Virus record (IMG/VR): IMGVR_UViG_2698536552_000007
Reading direction: 5' to 3' (one strand)
Source of the DNA: a virus
Lineage: Duplodnaviria > Heunggongvirae > Uroviricota > Caudoviricetes
Length of the DNA stretch: 26,470 nt
A model generated the notes under the pieces. The model saw only the letters and a program-made list of their open reading frames with translations, was not told the origin of the DNA and did not search any database. A program made the translations under genes and the position numbers. Within the stretch, counting starts at the first letter, position 1. Each line of letters begins with the position of its first letter. Shown here one piece after another: positions 16,878 to 26,470 of the stretch.

Positions 16878-17258
16878 ATGGCAAAGGCATGGGATATAGA
16901 ACCGTCAATATTTGCCGGGATGATTGAGGAAGATGTAGGGCTGAAGATTCGCTACATCGCTATGCAGATTCTTACTGCTATTGATATTGCTGCTCCGGTT
17001 GATACCGGACGTTTCAGAAATAACAACCTGGTGTCGTTACAGCATCCCGATTTTGGTATATCTGATAACGTGGATCCGAACGGTACGATTGCTGTTCAGC
17101 GTGGGATCGGGGTTATTTCGAAAGCTGCAAATTACGGGGTTATTTATATCCAGAATAACCTTCCTTATGCAGAGGCTCTTGAAAACGGTCATTCACAACA
17201 AGCGCCAACTGGCGTGTATGCCAACGCTTTTCATGGTGTTTTACAGGCTTACAAATGA
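16878..17258 (+). CDS. HK97 gp10-like head-tail joining protein
   Basis: Contains a PVDTGRFRNN motif resembling the HK97 gp10 family signature; stop overlaps the next ATG (ATGA). Confidence 0.55.
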   Translation: MAKAWDIEPSIFAGMIEEDVGLKIRYIAMQILTAIDIAAPVDTGRFRNNNLVSLQHPDFGISDNVDPNGTIAVQRGIGVISKAANYGVIYIQNNLPYAEALENGHSQQAPTGVYANAFHGVLQAYK

Positions 17259-17647
17259 AGTTTACTGAAATCAGAAATACGGTTATTTCCAGAATGACGG
17301 CACAGACGATTATTGATGGAAAAGACGTATTGTATCCGAACGGGCCAACGTTCGATCCTTCCGGTAAGTTAATCTGGGCGCGGTTAAGTAATATTCCCGG
17401 GCAGGCTGGAGTTAATGAAATTGGCGCGGGGCCGGTTGTTTATCGCACGGGGATAATCATTATTCAGTTATTTGTCCCCGCAGGTTCTGGTTCAAAACTC
17501 ATTACTGAGACAGCCGATAAATTGCGGGAACTGTTTGAGTTTCAGGATGACGATCGTCTCAGTTACCAGGCTGTTTCCTCAATAGCCGTTGGCGAAAAGA
17601 ATGGCTGGTTCCAGCTTAATCTTCAAATTCCATATCGCGCGCTCTAG
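17255..17647 (+). CDS. tail completion / tail terminator protein (by position)
   Basis: Last small gene before the major tail protein; start overlaps the upstream stop. Confidence 0.5.
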   Translation: MKFTEIRNTVISRMTAQTIIDGKDVLYPNGPTFDPSGKLIWARLSNIPGQAGVNEIGAGPVVYRTGIIIIQLFVPAGSGSKLITETADKLRELFEFQDDDRLSYQAVSSIAVGEKNGWFQLNLQIPYRAL

Positions 17648-17673
17648 CGCAATTAATGACATAGGAGGCTCCT

Positions 17674-18636
17674 GTGAGTTCAGGTGCAAAGGTTATCTCG
17701 GCATTTATCCGGGAGACGGTTGCAGGCACTACGCCAGCAAGTGGTGACTGGAGTTTATTAAAACGCACAAGCTGGGGAGTAAAACCCACCCAGAATAAAG
17801 GCGAAAATAATGAGATTGGTGGCTCCCGGATGGCTCAGGGGGCGACGCCTGGCACTGTGGATGTCGGCGGTGATGTTGGTACCAAATTTCGCTGGGGTCA
17901 ACATGATGATTTTCTTGCATCCTGTTTCGGCGCGGAATGGTCAGGCGATTCTCTGACAATGGGGAATGAGCGAATAACATTTTCTCTGGCGACCTATGCG
18001 TCCGATGTCGGAATTGCCTCTGTCGTCAGAGGAGCGCAGGTTGGCTCATGGAAAATGCAGATCCCTAACGACGGCGATATTACAGCGACCGTAACCTTTG
18101 CCGGACTGGACTGGGAATCAAAGGCCGATGATACGAATTTTATCAAAGGCGAACCTGTGGATAGTGCAGGAAAGCTACGTTATTCGTTTAAGGAGGTTTC
18201 AGCAGTAAGCCTGAATGGTGTTGCCGGAGGTAACGGTTTTTGTATCGACAGTTTTGATATTCAGTTCGATAACAAACTCCAGACACAGCGTTGTATCGGG
18301 ACTGGCTCGCCTTATGCAGGAGCAAATATTCCGACTACTTTTACACCGTCCGGTACGGTGACGCTTTCATGGTCTAAAGCCGCGTGGGAAATCTGGAGTA
18401 AAACACTGACTGGAGAAACAGTTCCGTTCAGCTTCACGCTTTCGAATGGAGAGGGGGCATACACTTTCAGTTTCCCGAAGGTTCAGGTGTCAGGTGAATG
18501 GCCTGATGGGGGTAATAGCGACATTATCCAGGTTCAATTGAGCATTACCGCAGCAGATGAAGCACCTACGATAACCAGAAAAAAAAATTCCCCGGCTGCC
18601 GTGATCGCAAAAGCCAGTGCTGAGGCGATTAGTTGA
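17674..18636 (+). CDS. major tail (tube) protein
   Basis: GTG start with SD aggagg 4 nt upstream. 320-aa Gly/Thr/Ser-rich protein immediately upstream of the tail chaperone pair and tape measure. Confidence 0.65.
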   Translation: MSSGAKVISAFIRETVAGTTPASGDWSLLKRTSWGVKPTQNKGENNEIGGSRMAQGATPGTVDVGGDVGTKFRWGQHDDFLASCFGAEWSGDSLTMGNERITFSLATYASDVGIASVVRGAQVGSWKMQIPNDGDITATVTFAGLDWESKADDTNFIKGEPVDSAGKLRYSFKEVSAVSLNGVAGGNGFCIDSFDIQFDNKLQTQRCIGTGSPYAGANIPTTFTPSGTVTLSWSKAAWEIWSKTLTGETVPFSFTLSNGEGAYTFSFPKVQVSGEWPDGGNSDIIQVQLSITAADEAPTITRKKNSPAAVIAKASAEAIS

Positions 18637-18684
18637 TTTTCCGTTATTCCTCCTGTGGTACTGCCCTACAGGGGGACGCATTGA

Positions 18685-19146
18685 ATGAGGTTATGGATGT
18701 TTATTCTTAATCAGAAAATTATCATTGGTGGAGAACGCTGGTTTACGCCAATGAAGGACTTAAAACCTGTAGACGGGTTAAAACTGTTGGTGGCAAGCAG
18801 CGATAACGATCAGTATCGCTCCCGTAATGCATTAATCCGTCGCCACATTGAGAAAATGGATGCCAGTTTGCACGTCGGAACGAAGGAGTTTGATATTTCA
18901 AAGGTTTCCGAGGTGGATTCTGTTGATGATTTACTCATTGATAATGCCGCTCGTTATCTGCTGAAAGACTGGAAAGGGGTTGGTGAACTGGTTAATGGTG
19001 TTGAGGTTGCACTGGAATATACGGCAGAACGAGGGATCGCGCTGCTTAAGCAGAATCCAGAGTTGTACTGGCAGATCCTTGCAGAAGCAGCCAGCATCGC
19101 CCAGGGTAAAGAGCAGCAGAAGCAGGATACGATAAAAAAGCCATAG
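18685..19146 (+). CDS. tail assembly chaperone (lambda G-like)
   Basis: Acidic ~150-aa protein ending at TAG 19144..19146, with a slippery heptamer A_AAA_AAG three codons before the stop and a -1 frame open downstream. Confidence 0.7.
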   Translation: MRLWMFILNQKIIIGGERWFTPMKDLKPVDGLKLLVASSDNDQYRSRNALIRRHIEKMDASLHVGTKEFDISKVSEVDSVDDLLIDNAARYLLKDWKGVGELVNGVEVALEYTAERGIALLKQNPELYWQILAEAASIAQGKEQQKQDTIKKP

Positions 19147-19454
19147 CTGCCCAGCGGTGGTTATCGGAGTTCGGGGGAGAAAGGGGGGAAAAGGCAAGAT
19201 GGAAGCGAGAAAAACTCAGGTTGCCACCGATACCGGAACCAGAAATAGACCCGGTGCTTAAGGAGTTGTTGTACGCCTATTCGGTAATATCCCGTGCCCG
19301 ACGTTATGCTGGAATGGCTGGGGTGCCTTTGCCTTTATCTCTGACAGAGATAAATGAATATTTAGCCACTCATCCGGTATTGATTGAGCGCGATGAATTT
19401 GAAGCAGTGATCTTTGCACTGGATGACCAGTATTTTCAGGAGCAGTGTGTGTAG
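18685..19454 (+). CDS. tail assembly chaperone frameshift fusion (lambda GT-like), made by -1 slip at 19134..19140
   Basis: After a -1 shift at AAA_AAG the reading frame is open from 19140 to the stop at 19452..19454 with no intervening stop; this is the same frame as the track ORF 19221..19454. Confidence 0.6.
19134..19140 (+). other. programmed -1 ribosomal frameshift slippery site A_AAA_AAG
   Basis: Codons ATA AAA AAG CCA TAG in the chaperone frame; a canonical X_XXY_YYZ heptamer at the conserved position just before the chaperone stop. Confidence 0.6.
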
Positions 19455-19574
19455 TTGTTAATTACGTACACTCTGTTACAGAGATGTGATGGTGTCTTTA
19501 ATTAAATCGATGATGCTCCTGGAGAAAAGCATTGCGTGGCCTCGTAATCGCTATATCTACTATTATGTCGCCTG

Positions 19575-19600
19575 AAACCCACTTCGCGGTGGGTTTTTTG
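19575..19600 (+). terminator. hairpin with T-run (aaacccac / ttcgcg / gtgggttt + T) in the spacer upstream of the tape measure gene
   Basis: 8-bp stem and T-rich tail, 20 nt before the tape-measure ATG. May be an attenuator rather than a full terminator. Confidence 0.4.
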
Positions 19601-19619
19601 TTGTCAGGAGTTTTAATAA

Positions 19620-22600
19620 ATGGCAGAGCAAACCTCGCGTCTCGCAATAATTATTGATAGCACTGGAGCGAAAAATAATGCTGACAATCTGACCTCCTCA
19701 TTAGTCAAAATGACGCAGGCTGGGGAAACTGCTGCAANNNNNNNNNNNNNNNNNNNNNNNNNNNNNNNNNNNNNNNNNNNNNNNNNNNNNNNNNNNNNNN
19801 NNNNNNNNNNNNNNNNNNNNNNNNNNNNNNNNNNNNNNNNNNNNNNNNNNNNNNNNNNNNNNNNNNNNNNNNNNNNNNNNNNNNNNNNNNNNNNNNNNNN
19901 NNNNNNNNNNNNNNNNNNNNNNNNNNNNNNNNNNNNNNNNNNNNNNNNNNNNNNNNNNNNNNNNNNNNNNNNNNNNNNNNNNNNNNNCCGGAAAACTTGC
20001 TGCCGCCCAGCAGGAAGCGCAGGCTCAGGCCTTTCAAAGAATGCTGGACAAGATCGACCCTCTGGCTGCGGCGCTAAGAAATCTTGAACAACAGCATGAT
20101 GAACTTAATGCTGCGTTTGCATCCGGGAAAATAAATGGTTCTCAGTTTGAGAATTATAGCCGAAAAATACAGGAAACACGGCGAGAGCTTACCGGAGAGG
20201 CTCAGGCAGAGCGAGAAGCAGCAAAAGCGCATGATGAACAGGTTGTTGCTTTGCAACGTCTGATTGCTCAACTTGATCCTGTCGGAACTGCTTTTAATCG
20301 TCTGGTAGAACAACAGAAACAGCTCAATGAAGCAAAAGCTAAGGGGATGCTTTCTCCTGAAATGTATGAGGAGCTTTCTGGAAAACTTCGTGCTATGCGG
20401 AGTGAGCTTGAGGTTACTCAATCACAATTAAGCAAAACCGGAATGTCGGCAAAACAAACGGCTTTTGCTATGCGCATGTTGCCTGTACAAATGACGGATA
20501 TTGTTGTTGGGTTGTCCACTGGTCAGTCGCCATTTATGGTGTTAATGCAGCAGGGCGGCCAGCTAAAAGATATGTTCGGTGGGATTGGCCCGGCGATCAA
20601 AGGTGTAGGTTCTTATGTGCTGGGATTAATTAATCCTTTTACCCTGGCCGCAGCAGCCGTTGGGGTCTTAGGACTGGCTTACTATAAAGGCTCTCAGGAG
20701 CAGGACGAATTTAATAAATCTCTTATTCTTACCGGAAATCAGTTGGGGACAACCAGCGGGCAATTGGGCGATATAGCTCAACGTGCCGGGAATGCGGCTG
20801 ATTCGACAACTGGTGCTGCGGCGGCAGTATTAAATCAGCTTGTGCGTTCGGGAAAGGTAGCGAGCAGTTCGCTGGAGCAAGTGACGACAGCGATAGTAAA
20901 AACGAGCGAAGTAACAGGAATATCAACCGAACAACTGGTTAATGACTTCAATGAAATTGCAAAGGATCCTGTCAGTGCCATATCAAAACTTAATGATCAG
21001 TACCATTTTCTGACACTTGCGACTTATAACCAGATTAAGGCGCTACAGGATGAAGGGAACCAGCAGGAGGCCGCCCGCATTGCGACAGAAGAATACTCAT
21101 CCTCAATGATCCAGCGCACCAACCAGATTAAAGAAAATCTTGGTTATCTTGAGACTGCATGGAAAGCTGTCGCAGACTCCGCAAAATGGGCATGGGATTC
21201 CATGCTGGATATTGGCCGTGAGGCCTCCCTTGATCAAAAAATCTCAGATGTTCTCCGTCAAATTGATGAAATAGAAAAAAATACCCGACCCGGAGTTTTC
21301 GGGTTAGGTGGCATTGGAGATGGCGGAGCTCAAAATAAAAGGCTGGCACGATTAAAGCAGCAATTGGGCGTACTTCAAGCAGAAAAAATTGCTCAGGACG
21401 TACTAAATTCATCAATAAACGATTACAACAAGCGACAACAGGAAGGAATTGAACTCAGACAGAGAGCAGATGCCTTTTCAAAACAATATCAGACCCGGGA
21501 GCAGCAGAGAGCTAGTGAACTTGCAAAACTGGAAAAGCTAAAGAATCAGTATTCAAAGGAAGAATATAATAATCTTATCGCTCAAATAAATGAGCGTTAT
21601 AAAGATCCAAAGCAACCAAAGGCGAAAGGTTATTCTGATGATGCAGCCCAACGAATGATTGATCATCTGAATCAACAGAATGCGTTACTAAGTTCACAAG
21701 CTGAGTTGACCGTTAAATTAAGTTCCTCTGAACAGGAACTGGTTAAGTGGCGTCAGCGGATTGCCGACCTAGAGTCACGACCATCATCGAAATTAACCCA
21801 GGATCAGAAATCGCTTCTCTTACACCGGGAAGAAATAACCACGTTGATGGAGAAAAATGTTGCGATTGAAAAAAATAACAGGCTAATCAAGGAATCCGCC
21901 GAAATAACAGCATGGCGTGATTCATTGCAGGCTTCGATTGATAATCGTCAGCAGGGGTATGATATTCAGATTGCTGGTTATGGGGTTGGCGATAAAAATC
22001 AGCAACGCCAGCAGGAATTACTGCGGATTGAACATGGATATAACAATCAGCGTCTGCAACTTGAACGTGACTATGCAGATAAATCCCGTGGAATGTCAGA
22101 TCATGTTTTTCAAGAGAAAATGCAGGCTCTGAATGATGCTCTGGAACGGGAAAAAGAAATTGTCAGACAGAAAAACGAGCAGCTCGATATTCAGGCAGGA
22201 GACTGGGTTAGTGGTGCCTCCCAGGGATTCAATAACTGGCTGGATGACACTAAGGATATCAGTGAGCAGATAAAATCAACCACGACTCAGATGTTTGATG
22301 GGATGACCGATGCGCTGGGTGATTTTGTCACGACAGGCAAGGCAAATTTTCGTTCTTTCGCTACTTCCGTGATTTCGGATCTTAGTCGAATAGCATTAAA
22401 GGCTTCAATTACTGGGATTTTCGACAGCATTAGTAACAGTTCTTCTGGGGGGATTTTAGGAACTATCGGGAGTGCTATTAGTAAATTTATTCCGAATGCA
22501 AAGGGCGGTGTTTATGAGTCTCCGTCATTGAGCACGTATTCGAACGGTATTTATGATTCCCCGCAATTTTTTGCTTTTGCAAAAGGGGCTGGTGTTTTTG

Positions 22601-22860
22601 GTGAGGCTGGACCGGAAGCCATTATGCCATTAACACGAACTTCCGATGGTTCTCTTGGTGTCAGAGCTATTAATAGTAAAAGTGGTAATGGAGGCGGAGA
22701 TATTACCTATGCCCCTGTATACCAAATCACTATTCAAAATGACGGCCAGAATGGAGAGATTGGCCCTCAGGCAATAAAAGCACTTATGGGGATGGTTGAT
22801 CAGCGGGTGCAGGGCAATCTGTTAAATATGCGACGTGATGGGGGAATGTTAAGTGGCTAA
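19620..22860 (+). CDS. tail tape measure protein (interrupted by N block 19738..19987)
   Basis: SD aggag 9 nt upstream of the ATG. About 1080 codons, coiled-coil-rich (Q/E/K/L/A repeats), with a hydrophobic segment and a Gly-rich C-terminus, upstream of an M-like gene. The frame on either side of the N block differs, so the masked length is not frame-preserving. Confidence 0.85.
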
Positions 22861-23191
22861 TACGGAAGAATTTCACTGGTTACCAGAGGATGGAATGAAA
22901 ACAGAAAATAAACCATCGATAAAAACTGTAAGATTTGGTGATGGTTATGAGCAACGAAGTCCAAATGGACTTAATCATTCTCTGCGCGTTTTCACCTGTG
23001 ATTTCAAAGTTGAGGCGAATGAACGTGATTCATTTGAAAAATTTTTAGCCCGGCATGAAGGCTATAAATCTTTTTTTTGGCGCCCGCCGGGTATTAACAG
23101 AAAAATCAGAGTGGTGTGTCGAACGTGGTCAGCGACAGAACATATCACCTATACCGATTTTTCGTGTCAGTTTGACGAAGTGGTGATCTGA
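22853..23191 (+). CDS. M: minor tail protein M (alternative start ATG 22895)
   Basis: Aligns by eye with lambda gpM ([18 protein letters not shown]...KSFFWRPP vs lambda SVRKVRFGDGYSQRAPAGLN...KSFLWTPP). Stop overlaps the L start. Confidence 0.85.
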   Translation: MANTEEFHWLPEDGMKTENKPSIKTVRFGDGYEQRSPNGLNHSLRVFTCDFKVEANERDSFEKFLARHEGYKSFFWRPPGINRKIRVVCRTWSATEHITYTDFSCQFDEVVI

Positions 23192-23889
23192 TGCAGGACA
23201 TACAACAGGAAACGCTGAATGAATGCATTCGTGCGGAGCAGTCGGCCAGCGTGGTGCTCTGGGAAATCGACCTGACCGAGGTAGGCGGGGATCGCTACTT
23301 TTTCTGCAATGAGCAGAACGAGAAAGGAGAGTCTGTCACCTGGCAGAGTCGGCAGTATCAGGCCTATCCCATTCAGGGGAGTGGATTTGAGATGAACGGC
23401 AAAGGTGCCAGTGCAAGGCCAACGCTGAAAGTCTCTAATCTGCACGGCATGGTCACCGGGATGGCGGAAGACCTGCAGAGTCTGGTCGGCGGAACGGTGG
23501 TCAGGCGTAAGGTTTACGCCCGTTTTCTGGATGCGGTGAACTTCGTCAACGGAAACAGTGACGCCGATCCGGAGCAGGAGGTGATCAGCCGCTGGCGTAT
23601 TGAGCAGTGCAGCGAACTGAGCGCGGTCAGTGCCTCCTTTGTACTGTCCACGCCGACGGAAACGGACGGCGCTGTTTTTCCGGGGCGCATCATGCTTGCT
23701 AATACCTGCACCTGGACCTATCGCGGTGATGAGTGCGGTTATCACGGTCCGGCTGTCGCGGATGAATATGACCAGCCAACGTCCGATATCACGAAGGATA
23801 AATGCAGCAAATGCCTGAGNNNNNNNNNNNNNNNNNNNNNNNNNNNNNNNNNNNNNNNNNNNNNNNNNNNNNNNNNNNNNNNNNNNNNN
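23191..23889 (+). CDS. L: minor tail protein L (3' end inside N block 23820..24105; end estimated)
   Basis: Visible 209 aa are almost identical to lambda gpL as I recall it ([12 protein letters not shown]...TCTWTYRGDECGY...DKCSKCL). End estimated from lambda L length. Confidence 0.85.
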
Positions 23890-24093
23890 NNNNNNNNNNN
23901 NNNNNNNNNNNNNNNNNNNNNNNNNNNNNNNNNNNNNNNNNNNNNNNNNNNNNNNNNNNNNNNNNNNNNNNNNNNNNNNNNNNNNNNNNNNNNNNNNNNN
24001 NNNNNNNNNNNNNNNNNNNNNNNNNNNNNNNNNNNNNNNNNNNNNNNNNNNNNNNNNNNNNNNNNNNNNNNNNNNNNNNNNNNNNNNNNNNNN

Positions 24094-24946
24094 NNNNNNN
24101 NNNNNAGACAGAATCAGCGATTCTGGCGCACGCCCGGCGATGTGCGCCAGCGGAGTCGTGCGGCTTCGTGGTGAGAACGCCGGAGGGGGAAAGATATTTT
24201 CCCTGCGTGAATATCTCCGGTGAGCCGGAGGATTATTTCCGGATGTCGCCGGAGGACTGGCTGCAGGCAGAAATGCAGGGTGAGATTGTGGCGCTGGTCC
24301 ACAGCCACCCCGGTGGTCTGCCCTGGCTGAGTGAGGCCGACCGGCGGCTGCAGGTGCAGAGTGATTTGCCGTGGTGGCTGGTCTGCCGGGGGGCGATTCA
24401 TAAGTTCCGCTGTGTGCCGCATCTCACCGGGCGGCGCTTTGAGCACGGGGTGACGGACTGTTACACGCTGTTCCGGGACGCTTACCATCTGGCGGGNNNN
24501 NNNNNNNNNNNNNNNNNNNNNNNNNNNNNNNNNNNNNNNNNNNNNNNNNNNNNNNNNNNNNNNNNNNNNNNNNNNNNNNNNNNNNNNNNNNNNNNNNNNN
24601 NATTGAGATGCCAGATTTTCATCGTGAGGACGACTGGTGGCGTAACGGCCAGAATCTCTATCTTGATAATCTGGAGGCCACAGGGCTGTATCAGGTGCCG
24701 TTGTCAGCGGCGCAGCCGGGCGATGTGCTGCTGTGCTGTTTTGGTTCATCGGTGCCGAATCATGCCGCCATTTACTGTGGTGACGGCGAGCTGCTGCACC
24801 ATATTCCTGAACAACTGAGCAAACGAGAGAGGTACACCGACAAATGGCAGCGACGCACACACTCCCTCTGGCGTCACCGGGCATGGCACGCATCTGCCTT
24901 TACGGGGATTTGCAGCGATTTGGCCGCCGCATCGACCTTCGTGTGA
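24094..24946 (+). CDS. K: tail assembly protein K (start inside N block; also interrupted by N block 24498..24601)
   Basis: TESAILAHARRCAPAESCGFVV...HSHPGG (JAB/MPN-like) before the second N block and IEMPDFHREDDWW...CCFGSSVPNHAAIYCGDGELLHH (NlpC/P60-like) after it. The frame changes across the mask. 3' end overlaps the I start. Confidence 0.75.
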
Positions 24947-25491
24947 AAACGGGGGCCGAAGCCATCCGGGCACTGGCCACACAGCTCCCGGCATTTCGTC
25001 AGAAACTGAGCGACGGCTGGTATCAGGTGCGCATTGCCGGGCGTGATGCAGGCGAAAATGAATTATCTGCCCGTCTTAATGAACCGCTGGCAAATGGTGC
25101 CGTGATCCACATCGTTCCGCGTCTGGCGGGTGCCAAAAGTGGCGGTGTGTTTCAGGCGGTGCTGGGTGCGGCGCTGATTGCGGTGGCATGGTGGAACCCT
25201 GTGGGCTGGCTGGGGGCCGCGGCTGTATCGGGTATGTATGCAGCAGGGGCCAGTATGATCCTGGGTGGTGTGGCGCAGATGCTGGCACCGAAAGCCAGGA
25301 CGCCCACGGCAGCCAGTACAGATAACGGCAAACAGAACACGTATTTCTCGTCACTGGATAACATGGTTGCCCAGGGTAATGTTCTGCCTGTTCTGTACGG
25401 GGAAATGCGCGTGGGGTCACGTGTGGTTTCTCAGGAGATCAGCACGGCAGACGAAGGGGATGGTGGTCAGGTTGTGGTGATTGGTCGCTGA
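24844..25491 (+). CDS. I: tail assembly protein I
   Basis: 215-aa ORF with a hydrophobic Gly/Ala-rich middle, lambda gpI-like, between K and J. Confidence 0.85.
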   Translation: MAATHTLPLASPGMARICLYGDLQRFGRRIDLRVKTGAEAIRALATQLPAFRQKLSDGWYQVRIAGRDAGENELSARLNEPLANGAVIHIVPRLAGAKSGGVFQAVLGAALIAVAWWNPVGWLGAAAVSGMYAAGASMILGGVAQMLAPKARTPTAASTDNGKQNTYFSSLDNMVAQGNVLPVLYGEMRVGSRVVSQEISTADEGDGGQVVVIGR

Positions 25492-25551
25492 TGCAAAATG
25501 TTTTATGAGAAACCGCCTGCGGGCGGTTTTGTCGTTTATGGAGCGTGAGGA

Positions 25552-26470
25552 ATGGGTAAAGGCAGCAGTAAGGGGCATACCCCGCGCGAAGCGAAGGACA
25601 ACCTGAAGTCCACGCAGCTGCTGAGTGTGATCGATGCCATCAGTGAAGGGCCGGTTGAAGGTCCGGTGGATGGATTAAAAAGCGTGCTGCTGAACAGTAC
25701 GCCGGTGCTGGACAATGAGGGGAATACCAACATCTCCGGCGTCACGGTGGTGTTCCGGGCAGGTGAGCAGGAGCAGTCACCGCCGGAGGGGTTTGAATCC
25801 TCCGGCTCCGAGACGGTGCTGGGTACGGAAGTGAAATATGACACGCCGATCACCCGGACCATCACGTCGGCAAACATCGACCGTCTGCGCTTTACCTTCG
25901 GTGTACAGGCACTGGTGGAAACCACCTCAAAGGGAGACAGGAATCCGTCGGAAGTCCGCCTGCTGGTTCAGATACAGCGTAACGGTGGCTGGGTGACGGA
26001 AAAAGACATCACCATTAAGGGCAAAACCACCTCGCAGTATCTGGTCTCGGTGGTGGTGGATAACCTGCCTCCGCGCCCGTTCAGTATCCGGATGCGCAGG
26101 ATGACACCGGACAGCACCACAGACCAGCTGCAGAACAAAACGCTCTGGTCGTCATACACCGAAATCATCGATGTGAAACAGTGCTACCCGAACACTGCAC
26201 TGGTCGGCGTACAGGTGGACTCGGAGCAGTTCGGCAGCCAGCAGGTGAGTCGTAATTATCATCTTCGCGGGCGCATTCTGCAGGTGCCGTCGAACTATAA
26301 CCCGCAGACGCGACAATACAGCGGTATCTGGGACGGAACGTTAAAACCAGCATACAGCAACAACATGGCCTGGTGTCTGTGGGATATGCTGACCCACCCG
26401 CGCTACGGCATGGGGAAACGTCTTGGTGCGGCGGATGTGGACAAATGGGCGCTGTATGTCATCGGCCAGT
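25552..26470 (+). CDS. J: tail tip / host specificity protein J, N-terminal part (truncated by window end)
   Basis: SD gtgagg precedes the ATG. N-terminus MGKGSSKGHTPREAKDNLKSTQLL... matches lambda gpJ. The ORF is open to the last base of the window. Confidence 0.9.
   Translation, partial: MGKGSSKGHTPREAKDNLKSTQLLSVIDAISEGPVEGPVDGLKSVLLNSTPVLDNEGNTNISGVTVVFRAGEQEQSPPEGFESSGSETVLGTEVKYDTPITRTITSANIDRLRFTFGVQALVETTSKGDRNPSEVRLLVQIQRNGGWVTEKDITIKGKTTSQYLVSVVVDNLPPRPFSIRMRRMTPDSTTDQLQNKTLWSSYTEIIDVKQCYPNTALVGVQVDSEQFGSQQVSRNYHLRGRILQVPSNYNPQTRQYSGIWDGTLKPAYSNNMAWCLWDMLTHPRYGMGKRLGAADVDKWALYVIGQ

Noticed and set aside
19181-19200. G-rich run (gggggagaaaggggggaaaagg) downstream of the slippery site as a second slippery site
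   Set aside because: It is not in a proper X_XXY_YYZ register relative to the chaperone frame (which has already terminated). More likely a downstream stimulatory or spacer element, if anything.
23167-24893. Long minus-strand ORFs 23167..23745 (192 aa) and 24114..24893 (259 aa) antisense to L and K
   Set aside because: They overlap + strand genes with strong lambda L/K homology, lie in GC-rich DNA where antisense frames are often open by chance, and have no convincing start context. The same reasoning applies to other minus-strand ORFs inside + genes, such as 11441..11929 and 14327..14689.
24844-24946. 103-nt overlap between the end of K and the start of I as a possible anomaly
   Set aside because: Both reading frames are well supported by lambda homology and the overlap is in different frames; this looks like normal compact tail-gene organisation rather than a frameshift or error.
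1-26470. CRISPR arrays, rRNA, integrase/att sites, IS elements
   Set aside because: No spaced direct-repeat arrays, rRNA-like segments, tyrosine/serine recombinase ORFs or transposase-like ORFs are visible. The window appears to be internal to the prophage, so attachment sites are not expected here.

Overview
This window reads as the late region of a mosaic lambdoid (Rac/phage-21-like) prophage from an enterobacterial host (E. coli/Shigella-type sequence), with every supported gene on the + strand. In order: end of a Nin-type region (DUF1367-like, DUF1364/YbcO-like, a masked ORF, a small ORF), a hairpin-rich late regulatory gap, two tandem lipoproteins whose C-terminal domains resemble TolA domain III, a phage-21-type lysis cassette (pinholin, SAR endolysin, Rz with embedded Rz1), an AT-rich TrkG/TrkH-family K+ transporter gene, a translationally coupled ParB-like / putative GT-A glycosyltransferase-like pair, then packaging, head and tail genes ending in a lambda-like M-L-K-I-J tail tip (J truncated at the window end). 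The tail chaperone gene carries a canonical -1 frameshift site (A_AAA_AAG). Seven N-masked blocks interrupt several genes, so boundaries there are approximate. The two best candidates for an undescribed accessory system are the TolA-domain-III-like lipoprotein pair and the ParB-like/glycosyltransferase-like pair. All homology statements are by eye and from memory of reference sequences; no database search was run. No rRNA, tRNA, CRISPR array, integrase or transposase was found.
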